The translations under genes were made by a program, and so were the position numbers. From contig CAVNZM010000002.1 of assembly GCA_963693365.1 (NCBI GenBank), positions 1,364,001 through 1,428,000 of the forward strand: a stretch of 64,000 nucleotides of DNA, in the 5' to 3' direction. Each line of letters opens with the position of its first letter. Positions within the stretch are counted from its first letter, which is position 1. Source of the DNA: Amoebidium appalachense (lineage: Eukaryota > Protista > Ichthyosporea). Below the pieces are notes generated by a model. The model ran no database searches. It had not been told where the DNA came from and was given only the letters and a program-made list of their open reading frames with translations. Shown piece by piece: positions 19,290 through 45,183 of the stretch.

Positions 19290-30922
<11,633 letters not shown>

Positions 30923-31693
30923 GACTGGGCCAGGTTCCTCTTTATTAAGACCTTGTCCTAAACTTTAGTGTGTGCTTGGATTGGATGTGATTGTAAGTAG
31001 AAAAGTGCTGTGCTGGGTACAGCCTGCGAATGTAAAATAAGACCAAGGAGTGAAGGATAATCCTTAAGAGTGTAATCACTTGCACTCACTTGTGGCGTAA
31101 AAGGGTGTTAAGGCATATGATCTGTGTGCGCAGAAACGTGTGTAACAAGGTTCTCCGAAGACTGCCTTTTTGTAGTATTCAACACCATGTTCTGTCTCTT
31201 CTTTAAGACCCTTCTAGTATTTTAATCATTAGGCAAACAGCAGCAGCCGGTCCGTTCAATGCCCAATGTTAGTCACCCACGGTTGCACCATGATTAGACA
31301 CGGTGACATGTTCAGCCCTTGTCTTTAGGCAGGGCATATTTCGCACATGCACCAACGTTTACCTGCAAAATGATTCTGAAAAAGCAGCGGGACGTTTCAT
31401 ACAATGCGCCTGATGTATGTCCCTGCAGGGATGAAGAATAGGGTTGCCACAGCCTGGGCCAAAAGTACAAGAATGGCATAGGTATAACCTGCATTATATG
31501 TTGACATTCGAAATTATGCGTAATAAAAATTACCCATAAGTTGTTACAGCGCTAAGGTGTTCTTTGTCACATCTCCTTGAATAGCGCGGCCATGCGTAGT
31601 ATTTTTAATTCTTCCCAAGACGGCGCCTTTTCTGTCAGATGAACCTATCTCATCCTTGCATAAACTCTGTTTGTGTGGGTGGGTGGGAGGGAA

Positions 31694-32942
31694 GGCCCCA
31701 ACCACGTCGGCTGAGTCAACTTGCTCCGAGCAGAATTGTTCTGTAAAAATCAGAAATAATCTGTAAAGAACAGGATGATTCTGCAGAATTATTCTGCAGA
31801 AGCAGAATCAATCTGCTAAAAGCAGAATCATACTATTATTCTGCTGTCGAAAGCAGAATAATTCTGCTTTTGCGGAATGATTCTGCTATGTATAAGCAGA
31901 ATAGTTCTGCTCAAAGCGGAGTGATTCTGCTTTTGCGGAATAATTCTGCTAAAAGCAGATTTTCTTATTTTATTTTATCCCGTTTTGTTCCCGCAGGGAC
32001 CCCTTGGGGCCCCCACACGGGGAACTACCGTCTTGCACCAAGCACCGAGAGTACTCTAGCTAGGGTGCTACTGTATTATTAGCTAAGCTAATCTTGAACG
32101 ATCCCAACTGTTTGCACCGCGCCCAGGATATTCACCCCAGCCACACCGGTGGGTAGCACCAGGCTTCCCCTCCACTCAAGACCTACGAAAAACTTTAAAA
32201 CCGGGCTCTCATTGGTTCGTCAAAAGTGGTGGAATGTGTGGTGTGGTGTGCGTGGGGCCTACGGAGGATATGGATGGATGGTGGGGTCTGGTGGTGGTGG
32301 GTTACTACCTAGCAGAATATGGTGTTGTACATAGTGGGTGGCCACGGTGTAGTGGTCTAATATTAGGAGCCTAGTGTTACATGGTTGGTTGGTTCTGTGG
32401 GTGTGTCAGCAGGTCGGGCATGCTGGCTGTGTGTATGTTGGGGATGTGTGTGTGTGTGTGTGTGTGGTTTGGGTTTCGGTGGGGCTATACCTCTCTGTTT
32501 ACGTATGGTGTTGGGGTGTTTGTGTTTGTGCATTTTGGAGTGGGGTGGTGGAAGGGTCGTGTTACGTGGTGTCAAAATTTTAGAGAAGAAAAAGGTTTGC
32601 AATTCCACTGTAATTTTGCTTAAAATGACTCGTGTCGTGGTGGTGCCGAGGGCTGTTAGCAGGGGCCCCACAGCAGGACCGTGGGCAGAATCCCCTTGTG
32701 ACCCACTTGATGTCTTCGGGGTCTGGTTGGCCAGGCTGCCCTTCAATCCACTTGAGCCACTCACACCGGGCAGTGACCGTGTCGGCTGTCTGCCGGTGTT
32801 GTGCCGTGCACGTGGGGGCTGCTAAAAGCAGTGTGAATCAAATCCTGCTTTTGCAGAATGATTCTGCTTTTTGCAGAATGATTCCGCTTTTGCAGAATAA
32901 TTCTGCTTTTTGCAAGTTGATTCTGTCGATGTGCTTGGGCCC
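31694..32942. mobile_element. Non-autonomous TIR element (PIF/Harbinger-like GGSCCC termini) built of palindromic GCAGAATNATTCTGC arrays, interrupted by a retroelement fragment
   Basis: Left end GGCCCCAACCACGTCGGCTGAGTCAACTTGC versus reverse complement of the right end GGGCCCAAGCACATCGACAGAATCAACTTGC. Palindromic units separated by A/T runs at 31730-31958 and 32821-32912. No clean TSD (flanks GAA/CAA). Confidence 0.65.
31959..32818 (-). mobile_element. 5'-truncated non-LTR retrotransposon or SINE insertion with (ATAAA)n tail and 13-bp TSD
   Basis: CTGCTAAAAGCAG flanks both sides (31946-31958 and 32819-32831). The left end ATTTTCTTATTTTATTTTAT is an A-rich tail on the minus strand. A diverged copy of the 3' end occurs at 33636-33833. 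Confidence 0.65.
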
Positions 32943-33244
32943 CAAGGGAGGGGGGGCGGCTGGGGAGGAGGAGGAGGGGGAAGGGGCATCGTGTCATATG
33001 TGAACACAGGATTCGATCAGGCTACAATAGCATTCAGTCTACAAAACCGGTCGGCGGGCTCCAAGTGTAAGCTTTTGTAATGATAAGTTTAAATTTGATA
33101 GAGCTGCAGGGGCTGCAGCAGGGCGGGGCTCAAAGCTTTCCTCTCATATATGTTTGAGCTGAAGGGCAGAAGGGACCCACACTATGTGTGTTGCGTGTTT
33201 TTAGGGGCGTGGAATGCACGTGGAATGCTTCCTTTTTATTTGAG

Positions 33245-33317
33245 GCGCCGCTTTGGCCGAGCGGGTAAGCCCTCGTCTCTGACGCAAGAGATCCCGGGTT
33301 TAGTCCCCATGGGGCTC
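33245..33317 (+). mobile_element. Degenerate tRNA-like head (tRNA pseudogene or SINE 5' end)
   Basis: A-box-like TGGCCGAGCGG, anticodon-arm-like CTCGT-CTCTGAC-GCAAG, B-box-like GGTTTAGTCCC, and acceptor-like GCGCCGC/GGGGCTC with mismatches. Too degenerate to be a functional tRNA. Confidence 0.5.
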
Positions 33318-33433
33318 GAGTTTGGCTGTTGATGGCTTCGGCCCTCATGGGGCCCGAGTCCTAGGTTTATGCTTCAGCCCTCATGGGGCTCGAGTATAAA
33401 TCGTTCAATGCTCGGCTCTCATGGAGCTCGAGT
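33297..33433 (+). repeat. Hairpin repeat array 1: 4 units of about 25 bp (GCTTCRGCYCTCATGGRGCYCGAGT) with 11-14-bp spacers
   Basis: Units at 33297 (overlaps the tRNA-like 3' end), 33335, 33371 and 33410. Confidence 0.85.
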
Positions 33434-33572
33434 ATTACCTTTTGCGGGGTAATATTCCTTCCTTTTTTTGGCTTTATAAAAAGCATTCCTACATAAAAGT
33501 ACTTATATCGTCTCCTACGTAAAGTACTTATATCGTCTCAAAAAAAAAAAAAAAAAAAAGGTTTTGGGCCCC

Positions 33573-33618
<46 letters not shown>

Positions 33619-33635
33619 CGAGTATTCTGTGTTCA

Positions 33636-33833
33636 TTTTTTATTTTTTATTTTATCCCGGTTTGTTCCCGAAGGGCCCTCAAAGAAGCTAACGTTGTCCA
33701 CCCATGGCCAGCACCGACTATACTCTAGCTAGGGTGCCACGGTGTCATCAAGCAGCTAGGCGAACACACCATTACCAATCTTAAGATTAAGTATTTGTAC
33801 ACACAGCCCAGGGTTTTCACCCCAGCTTCGCCG
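33636..33833 (-). mobile_element. Second, shorter 3'-end copy of the non-LTR fragment at 31959-32150
   Basis: Shares TTTTATTTTATCCCG-TTTGTTCCCG-AGGG, AGCACCGA..TACTCTAGCTAGGGTGC and GCCCAGG..TTCACCCCAGC with 31966-32148. Flanked by imperfect repeats GAGTATTCTGTGTTCA / GAATATTCTGTATCCA. Confidence 0.6.
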
Positions 33834-33889
33834 GAATATTCTGTATCCAACTTGTCGATGTCTGTTAGGAATTTTGGGAAAGAAAAACA

Positions 33890-34296
33890 AAAAAAAACGG
33901 GGATTTCCCCCCTCTGCACCCTCAAGCCTTAGGGGTCGCAATGTTTCGATCGGAGTCCCATAGAGCTCAAGTACTCTTTGTGCTTGGCTCTGAAAATTAA
34001 AGGAACGTCATGGCCCCCCGTACCGTGTGTACGTCATACCGGCACCTGTGGAGCTCGTGTCATGTACAAGCCTTGTTAAAGCTTCAGTTGAATCAGCCCT
34101 TTTGTGTTGCCGCTCAAGGTTGGACATACTCCAGTATTCTCTTTCGCAGGGAACTGAGGGAAATGTGCTGTTCTGATATGTCGGCAGAAACCTGAAGGTT
34201 TAACGACCCTTTTTTTTTTTTTTTTTTTGGTTATCGTGTCGACGAGATCTCAAAAAAAAATTATTCCTTGCCTTTTTTTTCTTTTTTTGGGCGTCG

Positions 34297-34336
<40 letters not shown>

Positions 34337-34386
34337 CATTTTTGATATTTTTTTTTTTGAACGTCTCAGGGGGGCAAAAAAAAAAA

Positions 34387-34459
<73 letters not shown>

Positions 34460-34467
34460 GGGGGGGG

Positions 34468-34508
<41 letters not shown>

Positions 34509-34615
34509 AAAAAGGAGTCGGGAGTTGAAGTTGCAACCTTTGGTGATGGTGATGGTGGTGGTGGTGGTGACCGGGTGGTAGGGTGGGGTGGTTGTTGTTG
34601 TTTTGTTTTTGTTTT

Positions 34616-34655
<40 letters not shown>

Positions 34656-34900
34656 AGCCTAAACGGTTCCCCCCGTAGTACAGTTCCTCCCCCTCTACAC
34701 CCTCAAGCCTTAGCGGCTCTAAGTACAATGCTGCAGCTCTCATCGAGCCTGAGTATTCTGTGTTCAAGTTATGCATGTACATTTTTAAAAAAAAAACGGG
34801 AAAAAAAAAGAAAGAGGAAAAAAGGGAAAAAGAAAATGGGGATTTTCCTCCCTCTGCACCAGAAAGCCTTAGGGGCCCAAAGTACCGTGAAACATGCAAT
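33890..34900 (+). repeat. Tail modules of the hairpin-array repeat family (CACCCTCAAGCCTTAG motif), repeated
   Basis: CTCTRCACCCTCAAGCCTTAG at about 33912, 34694 and 39862 (variant at about 34852), followed by a single degenerate hairpin unit and, at about 34750 and 39925, GTTCAAGTTAT..ATGTACA. Confidence 0.7.
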
Positions 34901-35003
34901 GCTGTGACCGTAGTCCCTTAGAGCCCCCGAAAAATTATTGTAGTGTGGAGGGGTGGGTAGGTGGGGGGGGAGGGGGGGGGGGGGGGAGGGGGGGATGGAG
35001 GGG

Positions 35004-35041
<38 letters not shown>

Positions 35042-35892
35042 CGGAGGTACATAGAAGAGGGAGAGAAGGGAGGGAGGTGGGGAAAGGGATTCCGACACCA
35101 AAAATAGAGAAAAGTGTAGGGAAAATGGTGGGCTTTCTCAGCAAACATAAATTTAAGAGCAGGCAAAAAGTGGGGGGGAAAGGGAAGAAGGGGGGGGGGA
35201 CCTTTGTACATTATCAGCAATAAACACCCCCCCCCCCCCCCCCCCCTCCCCTCCCCCCCCCCCCCCCCCCCTCCCCCCCCCCCAAAAAAAAAGAAAAGAA
35301 AAAGAAAGAAAAAGAAGAAACCCTTTACCCTGACGTTACTATTGAGTATCATTCTCCTTTTCCATCCTACACCCACCCGCTGGCACACCTACGCTGTGTG
35401 CTCAAACAAAAGAAGACTTGCTCTCTCGGTCCAGAAGTTAACTTCACCCACAGTTGGTTGCCATGCTGCTCATACACAAAAATCCCGGTGGTTCTACAGG
35501 TGCATTGAATCCCACGTCAAGCAGCCAGACTTGTAACTTGGTTGGAGATTGACACTGCAGTGTTTTTATATAGAAGTTTAATGGGGCACTGCCCTCACAG
35601 CTCGTTGTAAACCACATTGTTGGTGTTCCATCATTGCGGGCAGTAAATACATTGGTGCCTTGGTTCATGTTGGTGTTGCCTTGTATCTGGTCGTGGCGCT
35701 AACACAGTCGAATGGGCAGATCAATACTTCCCGGCCCTTCCCCATGCCCTTACCTGCAGGGCGGTGTATGAGTGATGTGCATTGTTAGCCACGGTGTTGC
35801 TTGCACATATGTGCCGTGTATAAATGATGCCACACACAGCCGCATGTCGACTGTAACTGCCACTTTTGGCAGGTGGTCTGTTTGTGGTGCTT

Positions 35893-36059
35893 GTAATGCC
35901 TGTGTGAGTGCCATTTAGAGTGAGCCACTGTCATGTAATGCCTGTGTGAGTGCCATTTAGAGTGAGCCACTGTCATGTAATGCCTGTGTGAGTGCCATTT
36001 AGAGTGAGCCACTGTCATGTAATGTCTGTGTGAGTGCCATTTAGAGTGAGCCACTGTCA
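35893..36059 (+). repeat. 42-bp minisatellite x4 (GTAATGCCTGTGTGAGTGCCATTTAGAGTGAGCCACTGTCAT)
   Basis: Four near-identical tandem copies read directly from the sequence. Confidence 0.95.
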
Positions 36060-36120
36060 GCGAACACAGTGTACGTACGTGTGCGTGTGCTCATGTGTAG
36101 GTGGTAGTGCCACTGTGTGT

Positions 36121-36246
<126 letters not shown>

Positions 36247-38363
36247 GCATGTGTGTGGGTGGGAAGTGGTGAGGGGGGTGGGGGGGTAATGAGGCTCAGC
36301 GTGTATGTGCACGGGGGAGAAGGAAGGGGAACTGTTGATCTTGACTCACAGTGTACTTATGTTTGTGTATGTGTATGTGTGCGCACATGTTTTTTTTTTC
36401 GTTGGGGGGGGGGTGGGGAGGGGGGGGAGGGGGACGGGGGATTGTCCGGAGAGAGAGAGAGAGGGGGGTGGGGAAGGAGGCTGAGTGGTGTCATTGCTGG
36501 GTGTGTGTGTGTGTGCGCGCGCGCGCGCGCACGCGCGTGTGTGTGTGCGTGTGCGTGCGTGTGCGTGTACGTGTGTGTGTGTGTGTGTGTGTGTGCCCGT
36601 GCGCGTTGTAACACGCGTGTCCGTGCGTGTGTGTTTGTGTGTGTGTGTTTGTGTTTTTGTGTCTGTGTTGTGTGTGTTGGCGCGCGTGTGTCCCGACGGT
36701 TTCAAAGTGTAAGGAAGAGAGGGGGTGCAATGAATTTACTCCCGCATATAGAAGAGTGAGGGCCGGGATGGCCGAAAGCTGAGAGGTGAGAGCAAGAGCC
36801 GACGACTTGGAGGGAAGGGGGGGGGAGAGGGGGAGAAGGGGGGGAGGGGGAGGGGGGGGGGGGGGGGTAGCGTACATATAGAGTCGGTGCGTCGGTGCAC
36901 ATCATATGGGGGTTATCTTACTGGCCACCTGCAGCTCCATGCTCGCGCCCTTCACCTGCAGGGAAGTGAGAGATTTGATTAATAATTTCTTTTTCCTTTC
37001 TTTTCCAGAGTAAGAGGTTAGGTGGTGGTGGTGGTGGGTGGTGGTGGCGTTGGTGGTTGGAGGAGGAGGCGGGAGGGGGGGGGGGGGGGGGGGGTTTGAA
37101 GGTGTTTTTCTTTTTCTTTTCTTTTCTTTCTTTCTTTTTTTTTTTGGGGGGGGGGGGGGGGGGAGGGGAGGGGGGGGGGGGGGAGGGGGGGGGTATTAGT
37201 ATCTCAAGATACACGATAACAGAACATGGCACACGATTTAGACTTGAAGACAACAACGACCACAATGAGTGTCATCGAAACATTAAGGCCATGGATTGGG
37301 TTTGGGGAGAATCATGGACAAGTGCAGGAGGCACATGGGAGGAGCCCCGCCCCTCCCCCCCACCCCCGGGAGGAGCCCCCCCCCTTCCCCCCCCCCCCCA
37401 CCCCCCCCCCCTCAGCTCGATAACGCTTCCCACCCGCCTTCCTTCACCTTCCTCCATTATCTTCTGATGCTTGACGAATGCTTCTGGCACTTCCCAGAAT
37501 ACACACATATCCTTCCGCCACTCCCATTCCCCTGGTCCTAGGCCGCCATATACACCATACATACCCGCATCATTGTGGTACTTACGTGCGCAAACATGCT
37601 CGAACACATTCACATACACAACCCCTACCTACCTACCCCCCCCCCCCCCCCCCCCCCCCTGACATATACGTGCACATGCACACACTCACAAAGTTTGTGA
37701 TCTATAATGGGCACAATTGCTATCCAAGTCATATGATAAACTCAAAGGAAAGGAACCTCGTGCTTTTTTCGAAGATAGGGGAGGCAGGGGAAGGTGAAAG
37801 AAGATGCCTGCAAATGTACACTGCCAGTGTGTGTATTCACTAACGACGAAGAACCGTGTACAGCCCCTCCACCCCCTTCTCCCCCCTCCCCACCTCCCCC
37901 CCCTCCCCCCCCCCCCCCCGGCCCTCCCCCGGGCCCATGGAACCCTCCCATCCGGCCTCCCGGTGGTGCACTTGATTCACAAGCAGGTAGATATGGGGGA
38001 GGGGGTACGGTATGATGCTGGAGGAGAAGAAGAGTTTTTTTCGGAGGGGATGGGTAGGAGGGGGGGGGGGGGGGGGGGGGAGGGTATTTACCCTCGACCT
38101 GGATCTCTTCGCCGGCCCCATCCTCTTTCGGTGCCGCCTCATCCTCTTCGCCATTGTCTTCGGCACTGCATGGGGTGGGATCTGAGGGTCAAACCATGCA
38201 TGCACGTGCACCGGACCAAAAAGAAGACAGGAAGATATGTCAGAGGCAAGGTGGGATGGCCTTCGGATGCATGCGCATACATGGCGGTTACCTACCGTGC
38301 ATGCCATGGGTGGTTTGTCCAAAAGGGGATCCGGAGAGGAGGGCGAATAAAAACGTTTTTTTT

Positions 38364-38394
<31 letters not shown>

Positions 38395-38688
38395 GGGTCT
38401 TTTGGTTATTTTTTTTTCCGTTTAGCTAAGGGTGTAAAAATGTAGTGCTTGTATAGCTGTTGATGGAAAAAGGTTGAAGTTGTGTGTGAAGTATTAGTGC
38501 AAGGGAGTGGCAGTGAAGCCTAGTGAGGGCTGGGGGAGTGGGGGTATGGGGTGGTTGGGAGGGGGGGGGGGGGGGGGGGGGGGAGGGGGAGGGGGTTGGG
38601 GGGGTCTATACCCATTGGTGGACGTGGCCTTCTTGACGTTCACGAGTGAGTAGAGCTCCCGGTACTGCTTGGCCAGGCTGTGCAGACG

Positions 38689-38862
38689 GCTTCGGCCCTC
38701 ATGGGGCCCGAGTCTGCACAACTTATGCTTCAGCCCTCATGGGGCTCGAGTGTAGACGCAATGCTTCGGCCCTCATGGGGCCCGAGTATCCTGTTTATTG
38801 CTTCAGTCCTCATGAGGCTCGAGTGTAAACAAAGAATGCTTCGGCTCTCATGCAGCCCGAGT
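38689..38862 (+). repeat. Hairpin repeat array 2: 5 units of 25 bp with 11-13-bp spacers
   Basis: Units at 38689, 38727, 38763, 38800 and 38838. Spacers CTGCACAACTTAT, GTAGACGCAAT, ATCCTGTTTATT, GTAAACAAAGAAT. Confidence 0.9.
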
Positions 38863-39198
38863 GTTAACTTTTTTAATTTTTTTGAGGGGTAATGTGCTGT
38901 TTTCTTTCTTTCTTCATTGCATTTGTTTTTTATGTGCCGTCTTCAACAAAAAACAAAAAACAAACAAACAAACAAACAAACAAAAAACAAAAAAAACAAA
39001 AAAAAAAACACAAACAAACTCCGATTCTTTCCTTCTTCTTCTTCTTCTTTTTTTTTCTTCTTCTTCTTCTTTTTTTTCTGTGCCGACGTCTCAAAAAAAC
39101 AAAAAAAACAAAAAAAAAACAGCATTACCTTTTCAAAAGGTTCATCCCTTTTTTTTTTTTCTTTTTTCTTTTTGTTTTTTTCCCTGTGCCAACGTATC

Positions 39199-39247
<49 letters not shown>

Positions 39248-39437
39248 AAAAAAAAAAAAAACCCCCGAATATTACCTTAAAATTGAAGATCTTTTCTTTC
39301 TTCCTTGTATTTTTTTTTTTCTGTGCCAACGTCTCAAAAGGAAGGGGCGGGGGGGGGGGGGGGGGGGGGGGGGAGGGGAGAGAGAGTGTGTGTGTGTGTG
39401 TGAGAGAGAGTGAGAGTGAGAGAGAGAGAGAGAGAGA

Positions 39438-39631
<194 letters not shown>

Positions 39632-39697
39632 TGCAGCCTGAAGTATATCATGATAAACACATTGTATCGACGTCTTAAAAAAGAAGACCCCCCCCCC

Positions 39698-39750
<53 letters not shown>

Positions 39751-40019
39751 GATAATTGCCAACTTTCTCATCTCTTCTCTCCTCTACTCTTACTCTAAGC
39801 TTGTGACGATCTATAAGGATGGGGGGGGGGGGGGGGGGGTATAATGTCTTTCCCCCCTACTTCTACACCCTCAAGCCTTAGCCGCTCACTGAACGCAAGG
39901 CTGCGGCTCTCATAGAGCCCCGGATTCCGAGTTCAAGTTATCGATGTACACTTAAAAAAAAGAAAGAATCGGGGGGTTTTCCCTCTCTGCATCCTCAATA
40001 TCGATAAAACTCATTCAAG

Positions 40020-40461
40020 TTTTGCATATGGCATATGATGGCAATGCTCAGCCTCCCATCCGCTCAGCCTGTAAATGTTATGATAGGGTGCTAAACGTGT
40101 TTGGGCAATGGATAATGAAGGACTTATCTTGCGCTGAGCTCACTGACAGCATTCATCATGTCTGTGTTTTCTGGAATGATGCCGAGCCTCGGCAGTGTGG
40201 AAAGCGTGCTGGGGCTGGGCACATCATCTGTGGGACCTGTGCCCTTCGCGGTGGGCAACAGAGGCACTCTATTTGGGCGAGACAGAACATCTGATTTCAC
40301 AAGGCGGGGCATACAAGGAGGCAGTTCTGTTGCACTTCAAGAGACAAGGGTTTGTGTATGGAAACTACGCCAAAGATATAGTAGCACTTGCGGCTTTTGG
40401 AAATGTTCTTGGGGTGTTAGCGTTTGCTGCACTTGTGCTGACCCACAAAAAGAAGCAGTAA
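40020..40461 (+). pseudogene. Frameshifted C-terminal fragment of an ABCG (plant ABCG24/28-like) half-transporter
   Basis: LTAFIMSVFSGMMPSLGSVESVLG, then a frame change at the G-run 40211-40214 into WAHHLWDLCPSRWATEALYLGETEH..GFVYGNYAKDIVALAAFGNVLGVLAFAALVLTHKKKQ*. This resembles the ABCG last loop and terminal TM helix. No nucleotide-binding-domain exons were recognised upstream, and the fragment abuts repeat DNA. Confidence 0.55.
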
Positions 40462-40771
40462 CTGCATTTTATGAACTTGTACATAAAAATTGAATATCAT
40501 TAGCGAACAATACGTGTACATATCCTTGGGTCGCTTTTTGTTTTGTTTTGGGCAGAAAAAATAGGTTCATGGGTAAGTGCACCACTGCACATATATATTG
40601 AGCAGTTAATCTAAGTCTCTGAATTGCCATGCATGGGCATGCGCATGAAAGTTTCCAAAAGATCATTTCTGTGAAGAAACAAATATGCCTTTGAAGACTC
40701 TCAAAATTTGATGTACGTTAGTAAATAGCAAGGATTGCTGGGGGGGAGGGTGGCGGTACCGGTGGCGGTGG

Positions 40772-40808
<37 letters not shown>

Positions 40809-40934
40809 TGTGTGTGGAGCCCGCGCTGCGGGTTTGCCATGGGTATGTTGTATGTGTGTAGTGTCACGTTTGTATTTGAAGTGGCTCTTGAGCTTGTGTG
40901 TACATGAGTACCGACGGTGCGTCTGCCCGTGACC

Positions 40935-41714
<780 letters not shown>

Positions 41715-42221
41715 TAGAAAATGGAGTTTCGAATGTAGAATCTTCTGCGCGGACCATCTTCTGCGCGGACGGACTCGCTATGGCCTTCTGAGCAGCACCA
41801 ATCAGATTTGTAAGCCGCTTGCAGGGGTTTTGGCGGGAAAATGGGCAGGGCAAGCAAGTGGTTGATCAGTTAGAGTGTGCAGCCTCCCTACGGAGAATTC
41901 TTGGTCAGTGTTCTGCTAACCCATTGGCCAACGGTCAGATCTCGCTAGTGAGTGCAGAAAAGATTTTAGTAACTAACTGAAGAACGTGTAGTGGCACATT
42001 TGAAGAACGCCGGCACAAGTAGCTGCACGAGAAGACCGAACAACGAAGGCCCCAATTGTAAGAGTAAGGGGCCATGTTTTTACACTGTGGAGAGAAGATT
42101 TTTTTAAACGCTGGGCTTCTTTTTTCGTGCCAATAGCCTGCAATTTTTTCCTTGTAGATGTGTCTCCTTCACCGGTTTTAATAGCGTTTTAAAACACCAT
42201 CTTGATATTTTTGTGCCCACG

Positions 42222-44342
<2,121 letters not shown>

Positions 44343-45114
44343 TGCTTTCCTGCCGTTTTGGCATCACCACGTGGAATGGTCCACGTGCGCACCATGGAGT
44401 ATGTCTGCTTCACGGTATTTCGGCTGCTTTGCACACTACACAGTGTGACTTCATTTTGTGCGAACTACTTAACACTTCTACTCCAAATGCCTGGAGACAT
44501 GCCCGAATGCCACATGGGCACTGAATTGCCCAAGCTCAATAAACGTAACCGTATGAAACAGCCTGGGGAGCGCAGTTCCACATGAAGCATAAGAGTGAAG
44601 AGCCCCGTGCATGAACAAGACAACGGAGTATAAAAAATGTGTGCACAGGTGTTGTGTAAGACCATTGCAGGGAGGTGTTTGCACAAGGAACACAGATAAA
44701 TACAGTCACAAATCCCTTCAAAATCGGCACAACCAGGGGAGCTCCCATGGGTGAAGGCACCGAAAACGGCTCGCAGGAGGGGGGGGGGGGAGGGAGGAGG
44801 GACCAGAAGAGGGCTGTGAGAGAAGGGGGGGAGGGGGGGGGGGGGGGGGGGAGAGTAAGAGACTCAAACTGTGTAACACACACACACACACACACACACA
44901 CCGTGATACAGGGGGTCCCCAGGGACGGAGAGGGAGTTGGGGGGGTGGGGAGGGGGGGGAGAGAGAGCGAGCGAGAGAGAGAGAGAGAACGAGAGAGAGA
45001 GAGAGTGGAAAAAAGACAGAGGGGGGGGGGAGAGAGAGAGAGAGAGAGAGAGAGAGTGTGTGTGTGTGTGTGTGGGTGTGTATGGGTGTGTGGGTGTGTG
45101 GGTGAGTGTGTGCA

Positions 45115-45183
<69 letters not shown>

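Noticed and set aside
33245-33317. Functional tRNA gene (CTG anticodon)
   Set aside because: Multiple mismatches in the acceptor, anticodon and T stems, and no TTC in the T-loop. Kept only as a tRNA-derived head.
33997-34213. Kolobok-type MITE (TTAAAGGAACGT ... ACGACCCTTT)
   Set aside because: The inverted match is short and imperfect, the right end runs into poly-T, and there is no second copy in the window.
35785-36054. ORF with repeated [14 protein letters not shown] as a repeat protein
   Set aside because: It is simply the translation of the 42-bp minisatellite, with no supporting gene structure.
38689-38862. Calling the hairpin arrays a true CRISPR array
   Set aside because: Spacers are only 11-14 nt and alternate between two related types, no cas genes are present, the context is eukaryotic, and the unit matches a tRNA-like 3' end.
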